NCBI GenBank assembly: GCA_977017645.1 | Contig: OZ360240.1 | Coordinates: 34,286,001-34,350,000, forward strand | From: Torpedo marmorata | Lineage: Eukaryota | DNA: 64,000 bases | Reading direction: 5' to 3' | Shown: positions 1 to 13,345 of the stretch, in pieces | How the letters are laid out: each line of letters opens with the position of its first letter | Numbering within the stretch: position 1 is the first letter of the stretch | Made by a program: the position numbers and the translations under genes | The notes under the pieces: generated by a model | Told to the model about the DNA's origin: nothing | Databases searched by the model: none | What the model saw: the letters and a program-made list of their open reading frames with translations, nothing else

Positions 1-1439
1 TGACAAGGATTGATATCATTAACTGCTAGTTTTTAAAGTACACAGGGAGAGCTCAAAAACTCCCTCAACTCCTAATGATTTTAAGTTGGCACTTCATGTT
101 ATTAAACATGACTCGTCAATTTACTGTGTCTCAACTATTGCAGCAGAAAAACATTTTAAGGTTTCCAGCTAATTGCATTGAATGGAGGATTTGCAAACTT
201 CCTCTTGACAACCATTGAAAGTCCTGAATAAAGTGGTCAGTTATGTTAAGAGCAGTTAAGAAGTTCTAATGCATTTGAGACAAGAAAAGAAGGTACCGGT
301 AAATACTCCTGTACCTAACAGGCTAAAGCAAATACTTGAAATAAAGGCAAATAGATTTTTTTTTCAGACTAAAAGCTGGAATAAAGGGGAAGAAAAATAG
401 AAGGACTCAACTATCTAGGTGAGGAAATTAAGAGAAAAAAATCAATTTTGGATCATTGGGTTTAATTAAATTTAATACCATATCTAATTATTTGTATAAA
501 TCATTATTCTGTTTTATTGATTGGCCCTTGCTACATCAATGCTGGATATATATGTATAAATGACCTATTATGATAAGATACCAAATTAACATAAATTGCT
601 TACACGAGAATTTCCTCATGCCGCTGATTACCTTGAACTACTTCAGAATCTGGGACACTGGTTGTGGGTGAGATCAGACATTACCCTAAAAACTGAACCC
701 AGTTGCAACTTTTTGGGGGGGAAATTGGACAAATTATTTTTTTACAGATGTTTTGAAGTGTTTATTCCCATTTCCTGATAAAGTCCAGCCCTTTGGGACA
801 CAGGACTGGCCCATTAGGGTCACAATCCACTTTTGCCCAGGTACCGTCACTCCCCTGTCATACTCTACCCACATCCTCTACTGGGCTTTTTATTACCTTC
901 CCGACAGAAACTGGATCTAAAGGTAAAGACCTAGACCTTGGTTTTCACTTCCTGTCAAACAAAGAGCAAACCGTGCTGCAAGTCGGAAACAATTTGTGAT
1001 TTAAAGGGACATAGATTTCATGAACATCATCTCTCCACAATCAGGTTTAGGGAACTGTTCCTCTGTTTACATGCAGCGCTGGCAAAGATCGCAGCATCTT
1101 GATACTGTACACAAATGCTGTGATAAATGGTCTCAATGATTTTTGGAGTCACTTGCAGCATCAGACTCAATTGGACTTCCCTGTAGCATGGAGGGAGTAT
1201 CCATGAGGAGTCCAGGGGGGTCATATCCCTGACCAGCCCTTCCTTGCACTCTCACTGCCATGCAGCCTTTATGACCTGTTACTTGGCTGTAATGGCGATT
1301 ACTTGTTACCAGTGCTGAATGATGCGGCAGTTACAAGCTCTATAAACATTCAGGATGTGTTATGATGTTTCTAAATGTGAAAAACAACAATAATGATTTC
1401 TTAAAACATGATGAGCCAACTCCATGATTTTATTGGTGA

Positions 1440-1645
1440 CTCCCAAAGGATGGTGGAAGTAGAATCATTGAAGTTTGTTTAAGGCAGATGTTATTGACTC
1501 TTGATAAATCTGGATTGAAAAATTATTGCAAGAAGACAGCAATGCAAGTTGCAGTTACAATCAAATCAACCATCTTCTCATTAAATGGAAAGCAGGCTTG
1601 AAGGGCCAAGTGGCCTACTCTTGTTCCTAATTTGTAAGTTCATGT
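1440..1645 (+). mobile_element. CR1 LINE 3' end remnant
   Basis: Degenerate RT C-terminus/3'UTR ending GGCTTGAAGGGCCAAGTGGCCTACTCTTGTTCCT, the tail motif shared by CR1 copies in this window. Confidence 0.65.
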
Positions 1646-2249
1646 TTTTATAATGGTGAGCAGCAATTTGATGATGTTACATTGAATCATTTCTAATCAT
1701 AGTAGGCAGACTAGCTGATAATAATGTGAATTAAAGCTCACTTCTTTGGCATGGCAACTGTTTCAAGGTTTGGACAAAAATGTAATTGAGTAGATAAAAA
1801 GTAGGACATCATTATTTAGTAATTTTAATCTAACCATGGCCCCAAAGGCAAACGATTGTAGAAAACCCACAATTGTTCCCATTCTGACTATCAGAAATGG
1901 TAACAAGAGTAATGTTCTTATTTCTCTTCTCTGTGTCAGCGCTACTGAGGGTAATTTTCCATCTTGGAAAATATCAGATAGTTCTTCCCAAAATCGAGGA
2001 TATAGCCCACCTTCCGATCTATTTGGCTTTGTATTATTCTTCACGGTACACTTTTTTACAGAGCTATTGGTCAGAGAACCGTTTATGTCTGAATGTCAGT
2101 TAATTGGAATCAAAAATACCCCAAATAAAATTATTGACGTCAGTGAAAGCATTTGCCAATCCGTGGCATTACTGACTATATTCTGTACTGATGTTGAGTC
2201 TGTATTCCTTGACAGGGGTTGACAGCACTGCCGCAGAGGATAGTCTGTG

Positions 2250-2450
2250 TCTGGAAGGAGCTGTCAGAGGAAGGTACAGAAGTGGGTATAATTACAATAT
2301 GCAAAAGGCACTTAGACTGATATATGAATAGGAAGGACTCCGAAGGAGATGAACCAAAAGCAGATAAATGGGACGAGCCCAGAATGCCAACTTGGTCAGC
2401 ATGGGTGAGTTGGGCTGAAGGGCTTGTCCCATGCTGTGTGACTCTGTGAC
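2250..2450 (+). mobile_element. CR1 LINE 3' end remnant
   Basis: TGGAAGGAGCTGTCAGAGG...TTGGGCTGAAGGGCTTG..ATGCTGTGTGACTCTGTGAC CR1-type tail. Confidence 0.65.
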
Positions 2451-5400
2451 ATGTACAGTTTCAAAACACATGATAAAATGATCTGTTTAAATATAGCAAG
2501 GAGCAATGTTTTGGTGTCATGGTATTATGTATATGGATTTGTTCTCTGACATTTTTCACCTAAAGAGTATCAATTAACTGAACGAGGTAATGCCATTCCT
2601 TCAGGGAAGGAGGTATGTTCCTAGTGACTGACTGAAGAGTCACATTTGGAACAAATGAGGCAATCTCTTGAAAGGAATGTTATATCGTGGGAGTATGGCA
2701 CACCAAAATTTGTATTGCACAATTGATAACTGCACAGAAATGCAGACTTAATTTTATTTTGAAAAGATGCACATTGATCTAAAACCTGCTGCTTTTTGTA
2801 AAGATAATATAAGTGAAGTTGATGGGTAGATATTATTAAGGGGATACTTCCCTAAAACCTCCTCCAGGAAATCCTTTCACAGTAAGCACAATTCTGAGTG
2901 TTGTGTGCTGATTAAAACACATATATCATAATGGGGGTAAGAATCACATTTTCTTCATTTCCCACAGCCTAAAGATATTGTTTAATTTGCAATCAGAAGG
3001 TTAATGTGACTTGCCAATGCCATCATGTGCCTGTGCGATGAACGGCATCTTGTCTAATGGGCAATCTCCAGCTGATTACGTATTCAGCAATTCTGTGGAA
3101 ATTAGATTTTATTAATTTAATTCAGCTGAAAAGCAGCGTGCCATAATAAAATGAAATTTGTAACTCTTGCACAGTTAAATTAGCTAAATAGAGAGGAAGG
3201 AGATGGCAGAGAACTGACCCCAATCCCTTAAAGTCTAATCAGAAGGCGAACTCTGCTGCTCACAACGCTGAAGGTGAAATGTAGGAATGGATCAGGTGAG
3301 TTGACACAGGACATGGGTTTCTGTGTGGGATAGCTTCTTGATTTCACACAGAAGTGTTCACAAAGTTTCTGCAAAATAACTTGAGGCAAGTATATGTAGC
3401 AGGCAAATTCCAAAAGAAGGAACCCCTTGTGCATAACAATTACCATCTTTAGTTTAAAGCTAATCCTTTATTTCCAATTAGAGCCTAATTAATCAGCACT
3501 TTGCACTGTAAATTGTGCGCTTGTTTTTAAATTGCAGCTGGAGATTCATGGGCATAATGTGTTTAAGTTTAGCAATATTACTTTCCTTTAAAACTATGTA
3601 ATGGGAATATTTCATGTACTGTAGTTTAGTTTTATCCATTGGTTCTGCACTCAATTTGTTCCCTTGTCTGGGAATTGGTTTCGCAGAGGGTGTCAGTGAG
3701 CCAGAAGCTTTTCCTAACCTACACTGTGTTGCAAAACTTAAATAGCTTCATGACAAATGGCAGTAAAAAGACTTTCTGGACCATGTTTATTACATTTAAT
3801 GTACTAGGAGATCAATAAAATGCTTGGAAAGAGCGTAGTTATATCATACATGCCTTGTAAAATACACGTGGCAGGTTGATGGCATTCAAAGCAAAGATAT
3901 CTACATTAAAATATAAATAAAAGAAAAATTATATCTATATATTGAAATAAAATGTGCCACAGGATATGCAGAACCAATTTTACATTCATTTTATCCCTCC
4001 ATTAATATATTATAAACAGTTTGTCAGCATGCCCGGACATCATATGGCAAGTGTCACACTATCTTATTAAGCAACAATAATCTTCAAAGGGTGATGGAAG
4101 TATAGTCAGTTAGGACTTGGTGTTTCTGGATTAGTACAAACAAAGGCTTAGACATTTCTTCATGCAACCTCAAAAGACGTTGTGCAGTTGAAAATCAGCT
4201 TAACCCACAATAAAGCAATCTGACATCTGGCAGGAAATTTGATTCCTGACCATGGTGGGATTTTCATTTCCCTTCTTTTTTTTTACTATGAAACTCTCCC
4301 ATAGGACATCGGCAGTAGTGACATGTGCAAAATTCATCTCTTGTGCAATTTTCAATCTCACTGACCTGAAACATGACTGTTCTTACATGCTCAGAGACAA
4401 CCAAGTTTTACTCATCCTGTTTCCACTGGAAATGAGTTTCTTGAAGGGCGAGCAAACAAACTGCATGTTTTGTCCTCACTGGGATCTGTGACCTCTTATG
4501 ACCACAGTCCAGAATTCCCAGACTGCTTTTCCCTCGGAGGTTCATTTTTGGCTTCTTTGCCTCAGGATCATACCAGGCCACATGTCATAGCTGCTTTAGG
4601 AACATTATCTATAATCCATACTTAAGCAAAGATCTCATTAAGCCTACATGAGTGGCCAGAGTGACAAAGCGATTTGCTTCCTTTGCTGACCCCCAAAGTG
4701 TAGAAATTCACGGACTGTACTCGTGATCTTGACGAGACCTCCATGGCATTCTCCTGCCAGAAGTGTTTGGGTTCAGCCATGGAGGATGTCTTTGGCTCCC
4801 ATGTGCAAAGAACATGCTTGTGATGAGAATTTCCTTTTGTCAGTGTTTCTGGGTCTCTCTGACCCTTCAGAACATTCTCTCTCGCAACCATGATTGCAGC
4901 ATCCATTCATTCAGTCACAACAGTCCCCAGCAGCTGGAAGAATGTTCAGCATGTTATTCACAAGAAAATCCAAGAATGCAGTTCTCTGAACCTGGGAACT
5001 GGAAACCTCCATCTTTATGGACTTCCATTACCAGTGTTAGGTTGACCCACAATGCTGTTTTAACACCATCCAAAGCTCGCAATGCATTTCTTAACCAATA
5101 ATTTGATGAGTTATAAGAATAGCTTTTCCTAAAATAGGTTCAAAATTGTGTCATAAAGGGGCATAGTTCTTTCTTGTGCACTAAATGGATTAAACCATTG
5201 CAAAGCAATGTATCACATGGTTCACTTTGAAAAATTCCAAATTAGGTGAAGTAATACTCAAGCATACTTCATCAGAGTTTGCAATAATTAATTGTTCAGC
5301 TTCTGGATAACCAGGTTCTGTCAGATGGGTGGGAAAGAGTCAGCCTTTTCATTTGGCATTGCTACAAGTGATGATACCTCCATTGCTCCCTGTATCATTC

Positions 5401-5600
5401 AGACAATTACAATACCATCGTAAATATTGCACCCTATATACTGTATCTCAATATTCTGCTTTAAAATTGATTCTGCCATTCCTGACCTAAGATGAGTAAA
5501 ACTCACCTGCAGTGGACATCATAAACTCTTGAATACTCTTGGCATGTTGGATTGAGAAACAATTGCAGGTAATGTTGCATCTATATAAGACCTTAGTTTG

Positions 5601-5940
5601 TACATCCCTCCTCCCCCTCTTTGCTGCTGTCCCCTCCCTTCCTTTCTCCACCTATCATCTCCTGCCTTTCCCACCCCCCTTCCCCCCTCACTCCTTTGTT
5701 TGGACGCCTGCCGGTACATCCCTCCTCCCCCTCTTTGCTGCTGTCCCCTCCCTCCTTTCTCCACCTATCATCTCCTGCCTTTCCCACCCCCCCTTCCCCC
5801 CTCACTCCTTTGTTCGAACGCCTGCCGGTCATCTCTCCTCCCCCTCTTTGCTGCTTTCCCCTCCCTCCTTTCTCCACCTATCATCTCCTGCCTTTGCCAC
5901 CCCCCTTCCCCCCTCACTCCTTTGTTCGGACGCCTGCCGG
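5601..5940. repeat. Tandem repeat, about 114-bp unit x3
   Basis: Unit TACATCCCTCCTCCCCCTCTTTGCTGCTG...GACGCCTGCCGG repeated three times; explains the overlapping low-complexity ORFs. Confidence 0.9.
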
Positions 5941-6094
5941 CATTTTCTCATACTTTGATGAAGGGCTCAAGCCCGAAACGTCGGTTATGTATTTCTACCT
6001 TTGCTACATAAAAGACACTGTTTGACCTGCTGAGTTCTCCAGCATTTGTGTTTTTTACTTCATCCACGGTGTCTACAGATTTTCGTGTTTACTT
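5601..6094 (+). mobile_element. Penelope-like element terminal fragment with triplicated C/T-rich unit
   Basis: TGATGAAGGGCTCAAGCCCGAAACGTCGG...GACCTGCTGAGTTCTCCAGCA terminal motif typical of chondrichthyan Penelope-like ends; flanked by CTTAGTTTG duplication (5592-5600, 6095-6103). Confidence 0.75.
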
Positions 6095-6583
6095 CTTAGT
6101 TTGACCCCACTTGGAATATTGTGTTCAGTTCTGGTCACCTCACTACAGGAAGGATGTGGATGCTATGGAGAGGGTGCAGAGGAGATTTACAAGGATGCTA
6201 CCTGCATTGGAGAGCATATGTTGTGAGAATAGGTTGAGTGAACTTGGTCTTTTCCCCTTGGAGCGATGGAGAATGAGGGGTGACTTGATAGAGATGTACA
6301 ACACAATGTGAGGCATTGATCATGTGGATGGCCAGCGGCTTTGTTCCCAGGGTTGAAATGGCTAACTCAAGGGGGCATAGTTTTAAGGTTCTTGGGTGTA
6401 AGTACAGGGGGTGTAAGAGGTACGTTTTTCGCAGAGAGTACTACATGCATGGGATGCACTACCGGCAATGGTGGTGGAGGCAGGTACAATAGGATCTTTT
6501 AAGAGACTATTAGCATGGAGCTGAGAAAAATGGAGGGGTATGCATTAAGGAAATTCGAGGCAGTTATTAGAGTAGGTTATAAG

Positions 6584-6676
6584 TAAAAACACAAAATGCT
6601 GGAGAAGCTCAACAGGTCAAACAGTGTCCTTTATGTAGCAAAGGTAAAGATACATAACCGACGTTTCTGGCTTATA
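6584..6676 (-). mobile_element. Short Penelope-like terminal fragment
   Basis: Reverse complement of about 5970-6060; flanked by AGTAGGTTATAAG duplication (6571-6583, 6677-6689). Confidence 0.75.
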
Positions 6677-6711
6677 AGTAGGTTATAAGGTCAGCACAAC
6701 ACTGTGGGTAC

Positions 6712-7281
6712 TGTAAGAGCCGTAGATTTAGTTACTTACCTTTATCGCGGCGTTCCGATGGTCTCGGCGGGGTTCGGAGGAGTCGCGGTATTTGGTAGGC
6801 CATGCTAGGCCTATTTAGTACTCTGCGCATGCGCGGAAGTGCCGACGGGCGCATGCGCAGTGGGGAAATGGTTGGAGCATGCGCAGTTGGAAAGTGACGG
6901 CAGTATACGCGGTATAGTATGCACGGTGGAGTATGCGAAGTAAGCATGCGCGAATCGGGGAAGAAAGAATAAGAAAAAGATGGCGACGGAGGAGGGTGCG
7001 TGAGATCGCCATATCTTTCATTGACCATTTAAAATCATTTAAAAGTCGTTTCATTGAACATTTAAAGCTACGTTTAAAGACAGTTTAAAGGAATCGTTAT
7101 CAAGAATTGTTTATATTTCGTTTAAAGAAGATATTTAAGTCATTGAAGATTGCTACAAGTCACGTGTGTAAATAAAGTTTTTTGAACATATTGGACTTGT
7201 TAGTAAATTAATTGAAATACATCAAGAACAAGTATCTCATCTAGCCTCCAAGTGACTATTGATTGGATTAAAGTCACTATA
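6712..7281 (+). mobile_element. Solo LTR, 570 bp, CpG-rich
   Basis: Starts TGTAAG, ends CACTATA (TG..CA with one substitution); 5-bp TSD GGTAC (6707-6711, 7282-7286); AATAAA at 7171; no coding capacity. Confidence 0.75.
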
Positions 7282-9789
7282 GGTACTGTGCTGTACATTT
7301 CTATGTTCTAATGCAGCATTCAGTGTAAAAGCCTCTTACACTTGAGTAAACTTGACCAAAGCAGACAGGATATTTTGTATTACTCATGTGATGCCTTGTT
7401 AATCTATGGCTTATGAACGGGTCTTAAAATGATAATACCAAATAGAAGCATGTGCCTTCACCTGGTACTAATTTAACCAAGAACAACTGCTAATATCCAA
7501 ATACATCTTTGGTAATTTAAAAGTGGTTTTGTACCATTTGACATTTGCCAATGATAAATCAATGACCCCCTTCCCTCACACAAGGAGATGCCAGTCCTCT
7601 ATGCTAATTAACTGTATCGTCAGACAATCCTCATGAAACTAAAACCCACTATTCTCATTTTGAATGGGCCGTTTCACAAAATATATACCGTATATTATTG
7701 CAAGATGTACCATTATAAAACCAGGCCTACCAATTTATATATTGCAGCATTTGGTTTCTCCAGTGAAATAACTCTGCAAGATTGTAAAGAATATTTTGGC
7801 CTCATTTTTGGTTTAGTGGGTTGTGCGCATTTTGTCAATATTTGTCGATGTATTCTATTTACTGTTTTGTAAAGCTTACATCTATTTATATTTGTGTATC
7901 ATTTGGGAGGGTATGAGTCACTTTTGAGATGGTAGGACAAACGCACTTTATCTGCTTTATTTTTTCTGGGATATGCATGCATTTTGTACCTGGCAGTTCA
8001 GGGTTGAGCACCCAGACATTGCAATTTAACAGGGAGCTGTCTTTTGGAGACATGCTAAACCATGTCTCCAAATACTCATAATTATTCACTCATATGTCCC
8101 ATATCAGTTCTCTTCCTTTCCACCATCCAAACTGTATCAAACATTAACATTGTTATTGATTCAACTAATAATACTGGATTTGAATCTCAGTATCAAAGCT
8201 CCCAGAGTAAATCAAGAGATTTCTCTTGTCCTCAGTTCTAAATTTCTTATCTATGACCCTCATTCTTGATTTCTGAACAACTGGAAACCATCTGCATCTA
8301 TTATCTTCTCACTTCATATTTTTAAATATATCTTTGTTTTGTTTGATGCAAAAATATCTAATTTTCAATACTCTTCATGTATCTGAATGACCTCAAGCCT
8401 GATAAACGTGAGTACATCTGTATTTCATCCTTCCTTGAAGCTTCAGCGTCCTTCCAATAATTTCAATCTAAAATTGCACCAGAACTATCAAGAATGCTCT
8501 TTGTTAGGCTAACATTAGTCCTGCCTTCTGTATTATATAACTCGTGATCAAAGTTTTAATATTTCTCATAACATTCTAAAAGAAGCAATGCCTTTAATGT
8601 GTACCATGTCTGGATATCAAATAGTTCTGCTCTTTCACAGAAGTGATCTTATTTCCATTCAGAATTAATTAATGATATTTTAACAACATGAATCACTTGA
8701 TATATGCTGATATTCAATTCAACCTTCCACTGTTATCTAATTTTCCCATCTTATCAATACCACATTAGAATTAACTGTACTTTCTATTTTGTATAATATT
8801 CAAATCTAGACAGTACACCTTCCAGATCTAATTATTTTAATATTCTCCTGGCTGATTTCCATCACACGAACTCCATAAATTTCGGTTCCTCTAACATTAT
8901 GCAATCTATTTCTTATTGCTCACCAAATTCTACTCAACTATCATCTCTGTCATTGTTGATCCACTGTCCCTCACTCTACTATTCCACTCTTTGGCCTTTA
9001 ACTCCTCTGGGATACACAATTTCTCAGAGCATCACTTCCTGCCCTCTCATTAATAGTCACACCTTCAACCTTCCAGACCTTACACTCACTCCTTCATTCC
9101 TCATATCCTAATGATTGAATGCTTTCTGATTGGTTGCTTTCACTGTCAGAGGAAATGTGCATGTGGTAACCTGAGAAGTATTTAGCTGAAACCCCATGTG
9201 TATAAGAAATTGCCCACTTCAGTATCAACAAAGCTCTTTCAATATCTGAATGAATCCACTGCTCTAGTATCACATTATTCAATAATAAATACCGTAAATC
9301 AATCAGAAAGATTCAATGAATACACCATGATACACAAATTATGTTTTATGAATTACTGGATTGCTTTGTGATATCCAACACCTAATCCATATTCATCTTG
9401 TGTAAAGGAGGTAAATGCAATGAAAAATCAATTTTACTTGCACAAATTGGGGTGCATGTTTTCCTTTCATCTTTACCTTAATTCCATCTGGAACATGGCA
9501 ACTCAACATTGCAAAAACTGCTGAACACCAATCTAGATGTCCATGAACAAGGTCGAGTAGTTTGTGATATAGTGGCTTCTAAGTAAATGTGGTATAGAAT
9601 GAGAATGAAATAAGCACTTGTGTTATTCTTCACATTAAATATAGTAGTTTGTTATCACTCATTTAACAGTTGAATTTATTCAAAAGTACTGTAGTTAAAT
9701 CAAAGATCTAACTCAACATTACAAACACTGCCGAACACCGAGTCGGATACCTTTCAACAAATCAAAATACTTTGTGTTATGGGGGCTTC

Positions 9790-10240
9790 TGGATTGAAAG
9801 GCATTAGTTATCTGGAGTTGATTTTAAGTGCTCGAGTTATCGGGAGACTAGATTGGAGAGCTCGATTGATTTTCACTTGATCAAGGGAGGCTGAAAGGTG
9901 ACATGTTAAGGTATAGTCTGTTCCCCTTGGTAGGGATGTCAAAAACAGAAGGGAATAAGCTTAAGGTGATGGGGGGGTGGGGGTGGTTTAAAGGGGATCT
10001 GAAGGGTAACTTTTTCACACAAAGAGTAATTGGTATCTGGAATGAACTGCCAGCAGAGGTGGTTAATGGCAGGAATAAGAATGATATTTAAGAGGAAGCT
10101 GGACAGTTACTTGAATGCGTAAAGCAAAGAGGAATATAGAATTCATTCAGGTAAGTGGGATTAGTACAGATAGACATGATGTTCGGCACAGACATTGTGG
10201 GCCGAAGGGCCTGTTTCTATGCTGTACTACTTCATGATTC
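9790..10240 (+). mobile_element. CR1 LINE 3' fragment
   Basis: ORF 9903-10091 FKGDLKGNFFTQRVIGIWNELP; tail GTGGGCCGAAGGGCCTGTTTCTATGCTG. Confidence 0.85.
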
Positions 10241-10624
10241 AATGGCTCTATAACAGCAGGGTATCACTGACAAGGCTGGGACATGGTATCCTACGCCTTC
10301 TTTGATTATCCACTTCAACAGCTCTTCGGGCACGTTATTGTGCCTGGTACAATGCCAGTTGTGTTCTGCTGCCAGCACTCTGCGACATCTACTGTAACAT
10401 GTATTGCGAGGTGGCAGAATACGAGTGTGGTCATCAGTTCATGGAGAATGGGCTTAGTTTCCTTGAATGATAATCTCCTATGCACAGCTGGTAAATCTAC
10501 CTTCCCTCACTCAATAGCACAAATTATAGTCATTCTGCTCAATAAATATTTGTTCCAACTCATGTATGCTTCTACAAATATCAAGTTAAAGACAGTGCAA
10601 TCCCCTTTCCATGATCTGTCATTT

Positions 10625-11950
10625 AATGAAGTTTAATCCGGATAAGTGAGACGTGTTGCATTTTAGTGACCCAAACCAAGGCATGACTAACACCGTAAAT
10701 GGTAAGGTCCTGGAGACTGCTGTAGCACCGAGAGTCCAAAGGATACAGGAATATAGTTCCCTGAAATTGGCGACTCAATAGAAAAGATGGTCAAAAAGGC
10801 ATTTGACATGTTTGCCTTCATCAGCCAGAGCACTGAGTACAGGAGCTGGTTCATCATGGTACATTTATACAAGGTCACATTTGCAGTTCTGGTCCTCACT
10901 TTAGGAAAGGTAACATTGTGCTGGAAGGGGTGCGAAAAAGATTCACAAGGACATTACCAGGATGGATGGCTTCAAGTTATAAGAGGAGACTGGATAGACC
11001 AGGACATTTTTCCCTGGGGTGCAGGAAGCTGAGGGGCGTCCTTGTCAAGGAATATAAAATCATGAAGGACATAGATCAGGTGAATGGTCATAGTCTTTTC
11101 CCAGGGTTGGGGAGTCCAAAAACTTGAGGGCATAGATTTAAAGTGAGAGGGGAAAGATTTAAAACATTTTCACACAGGGGGTCAGAAGAAGCCGTAGAAC
11201 ATCGAGAACATCTACAGGGAACGCTGCTGTCGGAGAGCAGCAGCAATCATCAAGGATCCACACCACCCAGCACACACTCTGTTCTCGCTGCTACCATCAG
11301 GAAAGAGGTATAGGTGCCACAAGACTTGCACCACCAGGTTCAGGAACAGCTGCTACCCCTCCACCATCAGACTCCTCAACAACAAACTCAATCAGGGACT
11401 CATTTAAGGACACATACTTGTGCACTTTATTGATTTTTTTTATTCTCTCTGTATTTCACAGTCAGTTTGTTTACATTTGTTATCTGTTTATGTAAATCTT
11501 TATATGAAACACAAAAGGATTTTCAGTTATCATGAGAGACCATCAGACTCCTCAACAAACTCAATCAGGGACTTATTTAAGGACTCTTACTTTTGCACTT
11601 TATTGATTTTTTTTTCTCTGTATTACACATTCAGTTTGTTTACATTTCTTTATTTGTTTACGTGTGTACGTTGAGTCAGTTTTTCTTGCACTGTCAACAA
11701 ATGGTAATTCTGCCTCACCTGCAGGAAAAAGAATCTCAGGCTTGAATGTGATGTCATGTATGTCCTCTGACAATAAATCTGAATCTGAAAAGCAGGGACA
11801 ATTACTACATTTAAAAGACATTTGGACAGATACATGGACAAGGAAGGGCCCAAACACAGGCAAATGGGATTAGCTCAGATAGGCAATCTGGCAGATGTTG
11901 TTGAATCGGGCCAAACGGACTGCTTCATGCTGTATAGCTCTTATGAATCT
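10625..11950 (+). mobile_element. CR1 LINE 3' fragment split by a Rex1-like insertion
   Basis: VKKAFDMFAFISQSTEYRSW and LEGVRKRFTRTLPG remnants; CR1 tail resumes about 11790. Confidence 0.8.
11200..11789 (+). mobile_element. Rex1/Babar-like LINE 3' fragment with partly duplicated 3'UTR
   Basis: Encodes IIKDPHHPAHTLFSLLPSGKRYRCHKTCTTRFRNSCYP; ends TGACAATAAA(TCTGAA)n; ACCATCAGACTCCTCAACA segment occurs at about 11363 and 11539. Confidence 0.8.
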
Positions 11951-13345
11951 ATGGTATTGTATGTGGGTTACAAACCTTGCTCTGGAAGCAGTAGGCCAAC
12001 TGTTGTTGCATGCAGAGAGAAAAAAAATGTTCCCTCCAGCTGCACACAAAGATCAATTTCCAGGCTCATGGGTGTAGCACAAATATAACCATGGATTTCA
12101 ATATCCAGGAGGTAAACCTTCAGGACATGTGAGCTCTATGATATCAATTAAGAATTTACAAACCTGAATTATTGTTTTTTTTTCATTCCATTAATATCTA
12201 ATAAAATAGTCGTCGAGTATTTTATTATGTAGCCTTATCTCCATAACAGCAAGAAAAATACCAATTCATTTTTAACATTTTTTCTTTGCGTTCACTTTGA
12301 AACATTAATTTTATTTCACAGTTCTGGCCAAGATATGTGGTGTAGCATGCAGCTGTTCATACAAGTTCCATTAATAAGGAAATCAATAAGGTTTGTTTAT
12401 TTGCCAATCAAATTTACTTCGTATTGATAAATCTAAGCAATCTAATCCATTTATATGGTGTTAGGAAAAGTGTTTTTATGGTGTCAAAATATTTGCCAAT
12501 ATAGATTATCATTCACACACTTTATCAATGAGTTTCATAATTAGTATCCATGATTTGTTCACACCATGTTGACACAGCAGCTGCATCTGTTTGGTAAGCA
12601 ACTAGATTTCACTACTTTCATTCTTTTCTGATTCAGTCACTGAATGAGGTAATCATTAGACCACCTGTTGAGAAAAGGTGACATCCAATTAACCATAAAA
12701 AAATGACCTTCATTTGCCACGTATGTGGTACCTATGATTCATTTGGTGTGAGATAACTTTAGCTCTGCCTGAAAAATATGTTTGTAGATCAGTGAGCACA
12801 TGTCTGCAGGAACACATCATCTAATTTTTCAAAGTCCAAGCCAATTGTGTGACTGTTGTCCAAAATGTGATGTGCAACATCCTGTTACACTCAGATGAAC
12901 AATAGCAAAAAACCCATGCGAACATAACACCCGATTTCCATTAACTCACACTTGGACACGTATCACCTGCTATACATTATGGGTCTTAAGTCCTTTATTG
13001 TCCTTTGGTGAAACTCCTGAAACCTCCCAACTAATTGCATTGTAGGATTGCCTTCATCACTAAGCTGCACATGGCCAGCAAATTATTGAGGAAGAAGCCC
13101 TGACTCAAAATATTAACTGGTTTCTCTTTCCACAGATGCTTTTGGAATTTTCTGGGTTTTTTTCCAGATTCCATAACTTACATTTTTTTGTTTTCAAAGC
13201 AAATTACTAAACCAATTCTTGAACCACTGCTGAGGGTTAGAAGGACAAATAGCAATGGATAATAAATGTTATCCTTGCCAGTATCCCAAGCATAAATAGG
13301 AAAAATTCAATGGAGCAATTACAATCTCAAAACAACTCCACTAGA

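Larger units (their letters stand above)
5540..7310 (+). mobile_element. CR1 LINE 3' fragment interrupted by three later insertions
   Basis: MLHLYKTLV (5572-5598) joins to HLEYCVQFWSPHYRKDV..ERVQRRFTRMLP (ORF 6111-6311); tail resumes at 7282 (GGTACTGTGCTGTACATTTCTATGTTCT). Confidence 0.85.

Noticed and set aside
780-1260. Possible CR1 ORF1 remnant on the minus strand
   Set aside because: Too degenerate to support by eye
1763-2222. Overlapping 68-128 aa ORFs
   Set aside because: No recognisable homology or convincing splice signals
5519-6025. Overlapping Pro/Gly-rich ORFs
   Set aside because: Translations of the C/T-rich tandem repeat
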